Source: an uncultured Planctomycetota bacterium
GTDB lineage: Bacteria > Planctomycetota > Phycisphaerae > Tepidisphaerales > Tepidisphaeraceae
Assembly (NCBI GenBank): GCA_963841915.1
Contig: CAWJEN010000006.1
Coordinates: forward strand, 800,001 to 864,000
DNA length: 64,000 bases
Direction: 5' to 3'
Shown here: one piece after another, positions 49,319 through 60,600 of the stretch
How the letters are laid out: the number at the start of each line of letters is the position of its first letter
How positions within the stretch are numbered: position 1 is the stretch's first letter
The notes under the pieces: model-generated
What the model was told of the DNA's origin: nothing
Databases searched by the model: none
What the model saw: only the letters and a program-made list of their open reading frames with translations
Position numbers and translations under genes: made by a program

Positions 49319-49852
49319 ATGGCAACCCCCAGCGGCCCCAACAACGAGTCTTGCGAGCATTGCAACAAGCCCAAGACGGTTCATGTCACCGAGATCAAGG
49401 CAGGTGCGAAAATCGAGAAGCATCTGTGCAAGGACTGTCCCCTCGTCAACGACGGCATGGCCGGCAATGCAAAGACGCACCAGCCGATCAACGAGCTGCT
49501 GAGTAACTTCGTTTTGGCCCACAGCGGAAACGCTGGCAGCAAGACCGTCAAGGAGTGCGACACCTGTGCGACTACCTGGGCGAAGTTTAAGCAGAATGGA
49601 TTGCTCGGCTGTGAGATCGACTACACGATCTTTGAGGAAGATCTAACGCCTTTGCTCAAGCGGGCGCACGAAGGGGCGACGCACCACACCGGCAAGGTCC
49701 CGTCCCGGCGGCGGGGCGATGGCGCGGTTCGCAAGCGCGAGCCGAGCGTGGGTCGGCTGCGTCGAGAGCTCGAGCGGGCGGTCGAGGCCGAAGATTACGA
49801 ATCGGCGGCCAAGATTCGCGACCAGATTGCCACCTCCGAAGGAGCGTCATGA
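49319..49852 (+). CDS. mcsA: McsA (CXXC motifs plus UVR domain)
   Basis: CEHC, LCKDC, CDTC, LGCEIDY, AVEAEDYESAAKIRD. Confidence 0.88.
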   Translation: MATPSGPNNESCEHCNKPKTVHVTEIKAGAKIEKHLCKDCPLVNDGMAGNAKTHQPINELLSNFVLAHSGNAGSKTVKECDTCATTWAKFKQNGLLGCEIDYTIFEEDLTPLLKRAHEGATHHTGKVPSRRRGDGAVRKREPSVGRLRRELERAVEAEDYESAAKIRDQIATSEGAS

Positions 49853-50904
49853 AGTTAAGCGACCTCACCAGCAAGGCCGGCGAATGGCTCCGCGGTAGCG
49901 GCCCCATGAGCGAGACCGTCATCTCCAGCCGCGTGCGATTGGCCCGGAACGTCAGCGGTTACCAGTTCCTCTCGACCGCCAGCCGGAGCAAGCGGAAGGA
50001 ACTCGAGCAGCGCATCCGCGAAACGATTCTTGACGCCGACCTGGCACGGCAGACGCTCTACGTCGACCTCGAACAGGCCAGTGAAGTCGATCGCGATCTG
50101 CTCGTCGAACGGCATCTCATCAGCAAGCAGCACGCCTCGGCAGAAGGTGCACGCGGCGTGGCGGTCGGTGAGGATGAAGACCTGTCGATCATGGTCAATG
50201 AGGAAGACCACCTGCGTCTGCAGGTGCTCAAGAGCGGCCTGCAGCTCGACGAAGCGTGGGAGCAGATCGATGCCGTCGATGATGCGCTCGAGGAACAGCT
50301 CGAGTTCGCCTTCCACCCCCGGTTCGGCTATCTGACGGCCTGCCCGACGAACGTCGGCACCGGCATCCGCGTCAGCGTCATGCTCCATCTGCCGGCCCTG
50401 AAGCTCACGGGTGAAATTGAAAAGGTCTTCCGCGCCGCCAAGGACATGAAGCTCGCCGTCCGTGGTCTGTACGGCGAAGGAACCGAAGCAACCGGCGACT
50501 TCTACCAGGTCAGCAACCAGACGACGCTCGGCAAGGAAGAGCAGGAGATCATCGCAGACTTCAAGCATGTGACGATCCCCAAGATCATCGAGTACGAGCA
50601 GCAGGCCCGCCGCACCCTCCGCGGCGAGCGGGCGACGGCCCTCGACGACATCGTCTTTCGAGCCCTCGGCCTACTGACGTCTGCACGGCTCATGAGCAGC
50701 GAAGAGGCGCTCAAGCTGCTGAGCCATCTTCGACTCGGCATCCACCTCGGCCGCGTCAAGGACATCGAGATCGCCTCGGTGAACGAGCTCGTCCTCATGA
50801 CGCAGCCGGCTCACCTGCAGAAACTCATGGGCAAGAAGCTCGAAGGCGACAACCGCAAGGCAGCCAGAGCGGAGTTTATCCGCTACAAGCTCAAAGCTGT
50901 TTGA
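49849..50904 (+). CDS. mcsB: Protein-arginine kinase McsB
   Basis: SSRVRLARN, NEEDHLR, GYLTACPTNVGTG, RGLYGEG, QVSNQTTLG; ATGA overlap with mcsA. Confidence 0.95.
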   Translation: MKLSDLTSKAGEWLRGSGPMSETVISSRVRLARNVSGYQFLSTASRSKRKELEQRIRETILDADLARQTLYVDLEQASEVDRDLLVERHLISKQHASAEGARGVAVGEDEDLSIMVNEEDHLRLQVLKSGLQLDEAWEQIDAVDDALEEQLEFAFHPRFGYLTACPTNVGTGIRVSVMLHLPALKLTGEIEKVFRAAKDMKLAVRGLYGEGTEATGDFYQVSNQTTLGKEEQEIIADFKHVTIPKIIEYEQQARRTLRGERATALDDIVFRALGLLTSARLMSSEEALKLLSHLRLGIHLGRVKDIEIASVNELVLMTQPAHLQKLMGKKLEGDNRKAARAEFIRYKLKAV

Positions 50905-50924
50905 GTTGTCGGTAGCATGACTGC

Positions 50925-52552
50925 ATGCGCGTCCTGCTTCTTTGCCTGCTCATTGCCACGTTCGCCCGCGCCAGCGAGACGGTGACGGTCGACCGCACCA
51001 CGACGTATCAGACGATGCAAGGCTGGGGAGCGTGCCTCTACGGCAACGACGACGCAGCTGAGACTTACGGCGATCCACGGTTTCGCCAGGCATGGGTCGA
51101 CGCAGGCTTCAACATCGTGCGGATCCCGATGGTGAAGGAAGTGCTCGTCCATCCGTCGGGCGACTTCTCGACGCCGGTGCGTTTGGCGGACGACCTCGAG
51201 GCGAATCTTCGCCTGATGAATTTCGACGCGAAGTACCTTAAATCGCACGCCGATTTGCGCGGTGGGTGACGGCCAACTCCCAGCACCCGGTGCGGGTCAG
51301 CGGCAGCATCTGGTCGCCACCGCATTGGATGAAAGGGCCGACGGGCAAGACGCAGACGTGGGTCGGCAACCCGCCGCACGACAGCCCGGAGCTGCCGACG
51401 CCTTGGCTGAGCAATCAGGCCAACCACTGGATGAACGGCCGCACGAGTAACTCAGGTGACTCGATCGGCGGACGCTTGCGAACCGACGACGCTGACGTCC
51501 TCGAGCAGTACGGCCGCTACCTCGCGGCGTGGGTCGTCGGCTTCGAGCGGGCGCACGACGTGCCCTTGTATGTGATCAGCCTGCAGAACGAGTCGACCTT
51601 CGAAAGCCCCTTCGACTCAGCGACGTTCACCGAGACCGCCGACGGTGGACGCGACTACACGCAATATGCAGCAGCACTGAAAGCCGTCAAAGACGCCTGG
51701 CAGCGGTACAACTTGTCGACGAAGATCATGGGCCCACACGTCGCCGGCATCGGGCCGACGCCGCAGAACCCGTTCACACTCTCGCCGCAACTCGGCATGA
51801 TTGAGGCCGTCCGCAAGCACGCCGACAAGGACCTGCTCGGCTTCCTCGACTTCTACAACAGCAACTACTACATGCCCGCCGGCGAAGCGGGCGCGCTTGC
51901 CACGGCTGGCTACCTTAAGGGCTCGGCGGCGGTGCCGGGCGAGTGGGGCAAAAACTGGGGCTTTACTTACAGCTTCGACGGCGTCGCCCGAGACGGCAAG
52001 CCCATCTGGTTCAGCGAGACCGGTGATCCGCCCGCGCCGTGGCGAAACGATCAAGGCGGCGGTGTCGTCGAGCTGCCGGCCAAGATCATGAATGCCCTCA
52101 TTCACGGCAACGCCGTCGCGTACGTCTACTGGATGATGAGCGACGGCGACGACGAGCTCAGCGGCTCAAACCTCATCGGCACGAAGCACCTCGACGATCC
52201 AGCGTCGAGCAAGAAGTACGCAGCCATGTGTCAGTTCAGCCGCTTCATCCCACCAAGTAGCAGGCGCATCGAGGCGTCATTCGGCAACGGCGAATCGACC
52301 GTCGGTGGCAAGAGCGTCTACGACACGACGGCTGGCCTTACCGTCGTCGCCTTTGACACCGACGACGGCATCGTCATCGTACTGCTGAATCTGACGACTA
52401 TCGATCAGACGGTCACGCTGCCGCCGGGCAGGGTGACGGAGGCTTGGCTGACCGACGTCGACCGCAGTCTCGCCGCCGTAGATGTCGCTGGTGACGCGGT
52501 GGTGCTGCCCAGGGCGTCGGTGGTGACGGTGAAACTTCACTCGCCCCGCTAG
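50925..52552 (+). CDS. Secreted GH30-like glycoside hydrolase, frameshifted near 51256
   Basis: Signal peptide; YQTMQGWG; WSPPHWMK; ISLQNES (acid/base); IWFSETG (nucleophile); QFSRFIPP. Confidence 0.72.
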
Positions 52553-52596
52553 CGGCCAGTGCGACCCATAGGCGGCGGGAGCGTTACAATGGTGTG

Positions 52597-53505
52597 ATGC
52601 TGCCGACCACGCTGTTGTTGCTGTCTGCCCTTGTCGCCGGTGAGCCGGCGGAGATCGAGATGGTGGAGGTGCCCGGCGGGACGGTGATGATCGGGCAGGC
52701 CGACATGCTGCCCGAGGAACAGCCGCCGCACGAGGTCACGGTCGAACCATTGCGGTTCGGCAAAACGGAGGTGACGAACGTTCAGTACGCAGCTTTTGTC
52801 GAGGCAACCGGCTACGTGACGGTGGCCGAGCGACCATTGGATCCGGCCAACTTTCCCGGTGCTGATCCGGCGATGCTGGTGCCGGGCAGTGTCGTCTTCA
52901 CGCCGCCTCCACCGGGCGTCGAGGCCGCAAATTGGCAGGGCTGGTGGAGGTACGTGCCTGGAGCGAGCTGGAAGCACCCGGGCGGGCCCGACACCGATTT
53001 GCAAGGCAAGGATCACATGCCCGTCGTGCAGATCGCCTACGAGGATGCCGTCGCCTTTGCCGATTGGGCGGAGGCACGGCTACCGACCGAGGCCGAGTGG
53101 GAGGCGGCCGCTCGCGGCGGACTTGCCGGGCAGAAGTACGTGTGGGGCGACGAATCGCGTCCCGAAGGCAAGCTGCTGGCCAACTTCTGGCAGGGTGAGT
53201 TTCCGACGGAGAATACCGAGGCAGACGGATACCGCCTCGTCGCCCCGGTCGGCAGCTTCGAACCCAACGGCTATGGCCTGTACGACATGGCCGGGAATGT
53301 TTGGGAGTGGACGAGCACGCCCTGGTCGCCGAGCCACGCCGAGGGTGCACCGCAATTCGACATCGCCCGCGTCATCAAGGGCGGCAGCTTTCTGTGTGCC
53401 GACTCGTATTGCCACCGCTACCGACCAGCCGGCCGAAGTCCGGGCGCGATCGACACGGGCCTGAGTCATCTCGGTTTCCGCGTCGTCAAAGACGCGGCCA
53501 AGTAG
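52597..53505 (+). CDS. Formylglycine-generating enzyme (SUMF1 family)
   Basis: EVTN.QY, RLPTEAEWE, GLYDMAGNVWEW, KGGSFLCADSYCHRYRP, HLGFR. Confidence 0.9.
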   Translation: MLPTTLLLLSALVAGEPAEIEMVEVPGGTVMIGQADMLPEEQPPHEVTVEPLRFGKTEVTNVQYAAFVEATGYVTVAERPLDPANFPGADPAMLVPGSVVFTPPPPGVEAANWQGWWRYVPGASWKHPGGPDTDLQGKDHMPVVQIAYEDAVAFADWAEARLPTEAEWEAAARGGLAGQKYVWGDESRPEGKLLANFWQGEFPTENTEADGYRLVAPVGSFEPNGYGLYDMAGNVWEWTSTPWSPSHAEGAPQFDIARVIKGGSFLCADSYCHRYRPAGRSPGAIDTGLSHLGFRVVKDAAK

Positions 53506-53518
53506 GGCAAATCCGCCC

Positions 53519-54715
53519 TCAGGCGTATGACGAGCCGCCCGACTTGTGCCCGCGACGTTCGTCGCCGAGACGCTTGATCAGGTCGCTCGACCGCAGCGCC
53601 GCCAGCGGGTCGGCCTCGAGGCCACGCTGCTTGCGCCAGTCGCCTAGCAGGCTCGAGACGTCAGCCTCGAACGCGTCCTTCAGGCACAACTCCGCGGCAA
53701 CGATGTCGCCCTTGCCCTGGGCGTCGGCGAGCTTCTTGCGGTCGACCAGGTTTGCCTTGGCGTACAGCTTTTGGGCCTCGCACACTGTCTGCACCGTCGC
53801 CTCGAGCTTGGGCTTGAGGTTGTGCGACTGGTCGATCATGTAAGCGATTTTCGGCGTGTTGCCGGTGTCGTGCTGGTATTGCGCAATCTCGTTGAAGATG
53901 CGGAACACGGCGTACGGGTCGATGCTGCCGAGCGTCAGGTCGTCATCGGCATACTTGCGATCGTTGAAGTGGAAGCCACCGAGCATATCCTCGTCGAGTA
54001 GGAACGCGACGATGTGCTCGACGTTGCAGCCGGGCAGGTGGTGACCGGTGTCGACGAGCACCTTGGCCTGATTGCCGGCCTTGCGCGAGAACGCAGCGGC
54101 CATGCCCCAGTCGGCGACGTCTGTGCTGTAGAACGCCGGCTCGAACGGCTTGTATTCGACGAGCATCGTCGCGTCGGTCGGCATGCCGTTGTGCACCTGG
54201 GCGAGGCCGTCGTGCAGGCGGGCCTTGCGGCTGCGCAGGTTGTCCTGGCCCGGGTAGTTCGTGCCATCGGCGAGCCAAAGCGTCAGCAGGTCGCTGCCGC
54301 ACGCCTTCATGAGCTCGATGCTGTATAGCGAGTGCTCGACTGCCGCCTTACGGGCGTCGGCGTCGGGCGAGCAGAAGCTGCCGAGCTTGTACTGGGCATC
54401 CTGGAACAGGTTCGGGTTGACGCTGCCGACACGGATGCCGTTCTTGTCTGCGAGCTCGACCGTCTCCTTGGCGGCATCGGCGGCCGACTGATTGACGTCG
54501 AAATCCCAAAGCACGTGAACCGCCACCGTGGGGCACGCACCGGTGAGCTTGTGGACGACACCGGCGTCGTGGAACTTCTCGGCGGTGCTCGTCGCCGCGG
54601 CGTCCTGTGGAAACTTACCGAAGCGCGTGCCGGTGTCGGCAAAGCCCCAGCTCGGCACTTCGATCTCGAAGGCGTCGAGGGCGGACAAAGCGTTGTCTTG
54701 GATGGTCTGGTTCAT
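53519..54715 (-). CDS. L-rhamnose isomerase (RhaI/xylose-isomerase-like TIM barrel)
   Basis: IEVPSWGFADTGTRF, WLADGTNYPGQ, EYKPFEP, VDTGHH, GGFHFND, DQSHN. Confidence 0.85.
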   Translation of the reverse strand: MNQTIQDNALSALDAFEIEVPSWGFADTGTRFGKFPQDAAATSTAEKFHDAGVVHKLTGACPTVAVHVLWDFDVNQSAADAAKETVELADKNGIRVGSVNPNLFQDAQYKLGSFCSPDADARKAAVEHSLYSIELMKACGSDLLTLWLADGTNYPGQDNLRSRKARLHDGLAQVHNGMPTDATMLVEYKPFEPAFYSTDVADWGMAAAFSRKAGNQAKVLVDTGHHLPGCNVEHIVAFLLDEDMLGGFHFNDRKYADDDLTLGSIDPYAVFRIFNEIAQYQHDTGNTPKIAYMIDQSHNLKPKLEATVQTVCEAQKLYAKANLVDRKKLADAQGKGDIVAAELCLKDAFEADVSSLLGDWRKQRGLEADPLAALRSSDLIKRLGDERRGHKSGGSSYA

Positions 54716-54911
54716 GGCAGTGGTGGGGCCAGCGGCGGGCGGCCACTGTAGCCGTTTCTCAACGGTTTGCACCTTGCTGCAGCACGTCATTAACGCGACG
54801 CGTCGTCGCACCACTGATGGCGAACTAGTCCGATGATTCGGTTGCCGGACATCGAGTTAGAGGCAAAGCAGTCGGACGACACTGGAGCAGCCAGACGGTA
54901 CTGTCGTTGAC

Positions 54912-56741
54912 ATGACACAGCGCCAGACGTACCCACGCCCGGAGTATCCAAGGCCGCAGTTCGTTCGCGACGACTGGCTATGTCTTAATGGCCTGTGGCA
55001 ATTCGAAATCGACGCCGGCGACAGCGGCAAGGCCCGCGGCCTCATCGAGCGTCCGCTCCAGGATGCGATCAACGTGCCGTTTTGCCCGGAGTCGACGCTG
55101 TCGGGCATCAATCACGTCGACTTCATGCGCGTCGTCTGGTATCGACGTGAGGTTGACGTGCCGGCAGAGTGGAAGGGCCGTCGCGTGCTGCTGCATTTTG
55201 GGGCGGTTGACTACGACGCGACCGTCTGGTGCGACGGCCGCGAGATCAGGCGACATCGCGGCGGTCACTCGCCATTCGTGTGCGACCTCGGCGACGTCGG
55301 CGGTCAGACTGTCATCATCGTCGTTCGAGCCCGCGACCTGCACGATCGCCCGTACGCCCGCGGCAAGCAAGTCGACGCCTACGCCAACTTCGGGTGCAGC
55401 TACACGCGCACGACCGGCATCTGGCAGACGGTTTGGATGGAACCGTTGCCGACACCTTCGCTCGGCCGACCACGTGTCACGCCCGACGTCGGCAACGGTG
55501 CCTTCCACATCATCCAGCCGCTCGAAGTTCCACACATGGGACTGCCGCGCGACCTGTCATATCGCGTCACGCTGCGTGACGAGCAGGGCGAGGTGGTCGC
55601 TGCGTCGAGCCGCGTCAGCGATTTGTCGCCGATGGTCACGCTGCCGATTCCGGCAGATCGCCTGCGGTTGTGGTCGCTTGACGACCCGCACCTTTACGAC
55701 CTGACCTTCGAGCTGTTTTCAGGTGAGACGCTGCATGATCGGGCGACCGGATACGCCGGGCTCCGCAGCGTCACGATTGAAGGCAAAGCCGTGAAGCTGA
55801 ACGGGAAGACCGTCTTCCAACGGCTGGTCCTCGACCAAGGCTACTACGCCGACGGCATCTTGACGGCCCCGACGGACGCGCACCTTGCCCGCGACATCGA
55901 ATTGGCCAAGGCGGCAGGCTTCAACGGTGCGCGGCTGCACCAGAAGGTGTTCGAGGAGCGATTCCTGTATCACGCCGACCGGCTCGGCTACCTGTGCTGG
56001 GGCGAGTTTGCCGACTGGGGATGCGGCCGCAAGGGCGGTGCCTGGGAGCCGGAACCGACGGGGTCGTACATCACGCAGTGGCTTGAGTGCCTGGCACGCG
56101 ACTTCAATCATCCGTCGCTCATCGGCTGGTGCCCGATCAACGAGCTCAATGAGCGGCCGTCGGACGAGATCAGCAACTACGACGACGTGCTGCGTGGCAT
56201 GTTCCTGGCGACGAAGGCGTTCGATCCGACGCGGCCGGTGCTGGACGCCAGCGGTTGGACGCACCGGATCATCGAGAGCGACATCTACGACAGCCACGAC
56301 TACGAGCAGGACCACGTGACATTTAAAGCCAATCACGTCGGCCTTGCAGTTGGACGGCCGAGGGTGAACGAGCCGGGCGGCCACGCCGGCAGCATCGCGT
56401 ACGGCGGCCAGCCGTATTTCGTCAGCGAATTCGGCGGTGTCTGGTGGAATGCCGCCAAGGCCGCCGCCGACGTAGACGGAACGAATCAAAGCGAGTCCTG
56501 GGGCTACGGCAATCGCCCGCAAGACGAGGAAGAAGTACTCCGCCGCATCGAAACGCTCTGCGGCGTGCTGCTCGACGATCCGAACATGTTCGGCTACTGC
56601 TACACCCAGCTGACCGACGTCTTTCAAGAGGAGAACGGCATCTATGCCTTCGACCGCTCGAGCAAATTCGACGAAGACCGTATGCGTCGCATCCGCGCGG
56701 CGCAACAACGCGAGGCTGCCATCGAAGCGGACACGAACTGA
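54912..56741 (+). CDS. Glycoside hydrolase family 2
   Basis: PRPEYPRPQF, HFGAVDY, TTGIWQTVW, LDQGYY, RLHQK, NHPS...WCPINE, VSEFGG, YTQLTDV. Confidence 0.88.
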   Translation: MTQRQTYPRPEYPRPQFVRDDWLCLNGLWQFEIDAGDSGKARGLIERPLQDAINVPFCPESTLSGINHVDFMRVVWYRREVDVPAEWKGRRVLLHFGAVDYDATVWCDGREIRRHRGGHSPFVCDLGDVGGQTVIIVVRARDLHDRPYARGKQVDAYANFGCSYTRTTGIWQTVWMEPLPTPSLGRPRVTPDVGNGAFHIIQPLEVPHMGLPRDLSYRVTLRDEQGEVVAASSRVSDLSPMVTLPIPADRLRLWSLDDPHLYDLTFELFSGETLHDRATGYAGLRSVTIEGKAVKLNGKTVFQRLVLDQGYYADGILTAPTDAHLARDIELAKAAGFNGARLHQKVFEERFLYHADRLGYLCWGEFADWGCGRKGGAWEPEPTGSYITQWLECLARDFNHPSLIGWCPINELNERPSDEISNYDDVLRGMFLATKAFDPTRPVLDASGWTHRIIESDIYDSHDYEQDHVTFKANHVGLAVGRPRVNEPGGHAGSIAYGGQPYFVSEFGGVWWNAAKAAADVDGTNQSESWGYGNRPQDEEEVLRRIETLCGVLLDDPNMFGYCYTQLTDVFQEENGIYAFDRSSKFDEDRMRRIRAAQQREAAIEADTN

Positions 56742-56762
56742 CGTGCCCCACCAGCATCGAGG

Positions 56763-57674
56763 TCAAGCGTCGCCTGCCGACAGATCGCGGTAGTCGAGCA
56801 GACCACGCTGCCAGTCACGCATCGAGCGCCCAAGAGCGGCCTCGGTCTTCGACAGGTCCAGCACGCTGAAGGCGGGCCGGCTTGCGGCGTCGGGTCGCAT
56901 GGTCGCCCAGTCGCTGGCCTGAATCGGGTCGAGCGACACGGGCTTGACGCCGAAGGCTTCGAGCGAGGCCTTAGCAAAGCCGAACCACGTCGTGCGTCCG
57001 CCACCGGTGACGTGGAACGTGCCACGCTGACCGGCGGCGAGCAGATCAAGTGTCGCTTCAGCGAGGTCGATCGTGAGTGTTGGTGTGCCGTGCTGGTCGT
57101 TGATGACCGTCAGCGGCTTACCGGCCTTGGCGGCGTCGAGCATGATCTTGGGGAACGGCCGCCCGCCCCACGGGCCGTACAGCCAGGCCGTCCGCAGAAT
57201 CAAGTGCTCCTCCAAGCCGCTGTCTCGCAAGGCGTGTTCACCGGCGAGCTTGCTGCGGCCGTACGCGCTGACGGGGGCCGCAGTGTCGTCTTCGCGATAG
57301 GGCTCAGTCGCGTCACCGGCAAAGACGAAGTCGGTCGAATAGTGAACCAGGGTCGCCTTGTGCCGCTTGCAGGCGTCGGCGAGCGTGCCGACGGCTGTGC
57401 CGTTGACGGCGGTCGCGGCGGCTTCGTCTACTTCGGCTTTGTCGACGGCGGTGTACGCGCAGCAGTTGATGACCGTTGCCGGTGAGGTTCGGGCGAACGT
57501 TGCTTCGACCTGAGCGACATCCGTCACGTCGCACTGAGCGCGGTCGACTCCGATCGCACGTACGCCGCGACGAACAAGCGACCGCCGCACTGCCGCGGCG
57601 AGCATGCCTTGATCACCGACGATGAGAACGGGCGTCGCGGGCGCGGCTGTGGCGTCGTGGGCGGCAGGAGGCAT
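56763..57674 (-). CDS. rfbD: dTDP-4-dehydrorhamnose reductase
   Basis: GDQGML, AYTAVDKAE, YSTDFVF, YGRSK, DQHGTPT, RPAFSVLD. Confidence 0.9.
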   Translation of the reverse strand: MPPAAHDATAAPATPVLIVGDQGMLAAAVRRSLVRRGVRAIGVDRAQCDVTDVAQVEATFARTSPATVINCCAYTAVDKAEVDEAAATAVNGTAVGTLADACKRHKATLVHYSTDFVFAGDATEPYREDDTAAPVSAYGRSKLAGEHALRDSGLEEHLILRTAWLYGPWGGRPFPKIMLDAAKAGKPLTVINDQHGTPTLTIDLAEATLDLLAAGQRGTFHVTGGGRTTWFGFAKASLEAFGVKPVSLDPIQASDWATMRPDAASRPAFSVLDLSKTEAALGRSMRDWQRGLLDYRDLSAGDA

Positions 57675-57681
57675 GTGGAGC

Positions 57682-60600
57682 TTATCGACCGTCTGCCGAC
57701 TCGCCGTCGAAAGCGGCAGCCAATCGGCGAAATTCTGCGGCCAGGTGCGGCTCGTGCGGCGTCGTCCTGGCCGACGTCAGGTAGATCGGACGCAGCTGCC
57801 GATAAAGCTCCAGCGCCTTGTTACGCGACGCAACGGCCGCCTCTCGCCGCGCCGCTGCTTGACGCGTCGTCGTCACGTCCAGTGGCCAATCCCCGTCGTC
57901 GAGCACCGGCGGCGGCACGTCCAGCGAAGCCGTCAGCTCCAGCGACGCCAACCCCAGCATCGCGTCGATGTAGCTCTCGTCCAGCCGAAGCGCCCGCTCG
58001 AAGGCGGTCCGGGCCGACTCGATCGGCTGCCCGGCGGCAAGACGTGCTCGCGCCTGCGTGTCGTGATGCGCTGCCGTCTCAGGCTGCAGCTCTACTGCAA
58101 GATCAGCAAAAGCGACGACTTCCTCGAGCTCGCGGGACGTCAACGGCTCGACGTGCTGCGTCAGCAACAGGTGGGCAAGCTGGTTGGCGGCGACGGGATC
58201 ACGCGGCGACAGCGTGAGCAGGCGACGCCAAGCCGCCTCGGCGTCGGTGGTGCGGCCGTCGCTGGCGTCGACGCGCGCCAATGCCGCCCAACTGCGGCGT
58301 AGCAATTCGACATCAGCGCCGGCAAGCCCGCCGCTCGTCAGTCGCGTCAGCCGGCGGCGGGCGGTGCGAATGGCCTCGGCATCATCGAGCCGCACGCCAA
58401 GCCGGCCCCAGGCAACGGCCGCGTCGACTTCATCCGAAAGCCGATCGGGTCCAATGGGAAGTCGCTCGATGTGGTAGTCGAGCAAGGTCAGCCAGCCACG
58501 CGCGTCGTTGGAGTCGCCAATGGTGTCGGCAGCCAGCCGGGCGGCCAAGCGTCGCCACCCGGCACCGCCGGCGTCGTCTCGACCGAGCTGTGGAGCGATG
58601 ATCTGTCGTGCCCGGTTGGGCATACCCACCGCCGCCAACGATTCGGCGGCAAGTGACAACAGATGCCCGAAGGTGCCAGCATCGGCGAGCGCGTCATCGA
58701 GGCGCGGCTCGATGACGGCAAGTGCCTCGTCGTATCGACCTCGTAGCACCAACGCATCGGCGACGGCTGTGTCGGCGTACATGGCGATCGGGTCTTCGAA
58801 GTCGAGCGTCTGCCGCCAGCGGTTGGCAAAAAAAGCAGAGCCGGCCGTGTCGCCGATGGCCCGCGTCGCGGCGTAGCCGAGCCGTTGCAGGTCGGGCGAC
58901 AGCGGCGCATTGGCCGCTGCCCGGGCGGCAACGCGGGCGGCTTCGTCGGGCCGCCCCAGGTGCACGTACGAGGCGTGGAGTAGGCGATGAATCGGTGGAA
59001 AGTACGGCAGCGACTCGGCGGCCATCTCCAGGACGCCGAGGTCGGCCGCCGTGCGATCCGACATCGGCAGCAAAGCCACTCTTGTCAGTTCACGGTCGCT
59101 GATCCGGCGACTCACCGCAACGACACGGTCTGCGTCGTCTCCCGACGATGGTGCTGCCAAAGCAACGGCCACCATGCGACGTAGACGGGGCTCAGCAAGG
59201 TCGACCGCATCGACCATGGCCGCCAACCGCGCGGCGCTGCTGGCGTCTTCGCGGGACAGGAAGTAGCCGATCGCCTCTCGCCACGGTGCTTCGAATGTCG
59301 GCTGCAACCCGGCCACGGCCGCAAAATGACCGGCCGCGTCTCCGGGCCTGCCGGTGCGACCGGCGAGCGTGCCACGAATTACCGCTACGTCAGCGGGCTC
59401 GCTGAGCCGGTTCAGCACGCGTTCCAGCAACAGGTCGCGGATCGACGGCATGACTGCTGCAGCTTCGAGCAGCACCGCCGAATCGACGGCGTCATCATCG
59501 AGCAGCGTCGCCAACAAGACATCGGCTTCCAGTGCACGGCCGGATCGACGCAGGCTCTCGATGAGCACCAAGTGCGAAGCAGAGTCGAGCTCAGCTTTAC
59601 GCAACATCGCAACCGCTGCATCCGCCTGCCCGCCGTCGGCAAGTCGACGCGCAATTTCGACGCAAACAGCCGGCTCTGCAGCGGGCAAGCCGTCGGCGGC
59701 CAAGCGCGCATGCACGTCGCGGATCGCGTCACGGTCGCCGATGCGGTCGAGCATCTGCAGCAGTTCCAGCACCTGGTCGGCCTCTGTCGCCGGATCCGAC
59801 AACACCGCGAGCACGTGCGGCTTAGCGGCGTCGAAATGCCCGAGGTTGACCAGTGCCCGCGCAAGCATTTGTGCAGCGTCGGCGTCCAGTTGGCCGTCTC
59901 GACGGGCGGCCAACCGCTTCAATTTGATCGCAGCATTGTGCGTCAGTCGTTCTCGTTCGGGTCCGCTGGCGAGCAAGGCGAGATCCAGCGACAGCCGGGC
60001 GTCCTCCAGCCGCGGCCGATGCAGAAGTTGCGCCACCGGCTCTGTCACCGTCTGCAGTTCCAGCGTCGCCTGTTGCAACAGAGCCGCGCCCTGCACGGTG
60101 CCTCGCAGCGAGTCGCCCTCGTCGAGCATGACGAGCCAGTCTTTCGCCGGCCGATCAGGCGACTCGACCACCGCCTGCCACCGCTCCAGAGCACGTGAAT
60201 CACCTGCCCGCTCCAGCATACGGGCGGCGGCAAGGGCGTTGTTGTTGCCAGACTGCTCCAGCCACGCAAGGGCGGCGTCGACGCCGTGACGCTCCCGTAC
60301 AAGCTGTGCTGCCAGGAACAACGCTTCAGAATCCTCCAGCCCGGCCGGGAGTGACTTCCACTTCAGCCCGACTGCATCGGCAGCGAGGATGATGGCGAGC
60401 TGGTCCGACGGTGACAGGCGGTCGATCGATGCAAGCAAAGCCTTCGCAGCCGTCGGATCGTCGACGTGCAGAAGCCTCAGCCGCTCACCCGGCAGGTCGG
60501 TGCCGTTAACTGTCTGCATAAGCGCTGTAGCCGTCGATAACCGGATCGGCGTCGGTTCGGCCCGCCATCGCTCGTATGCCAGCTTCGCCCGGCTTCTTGC

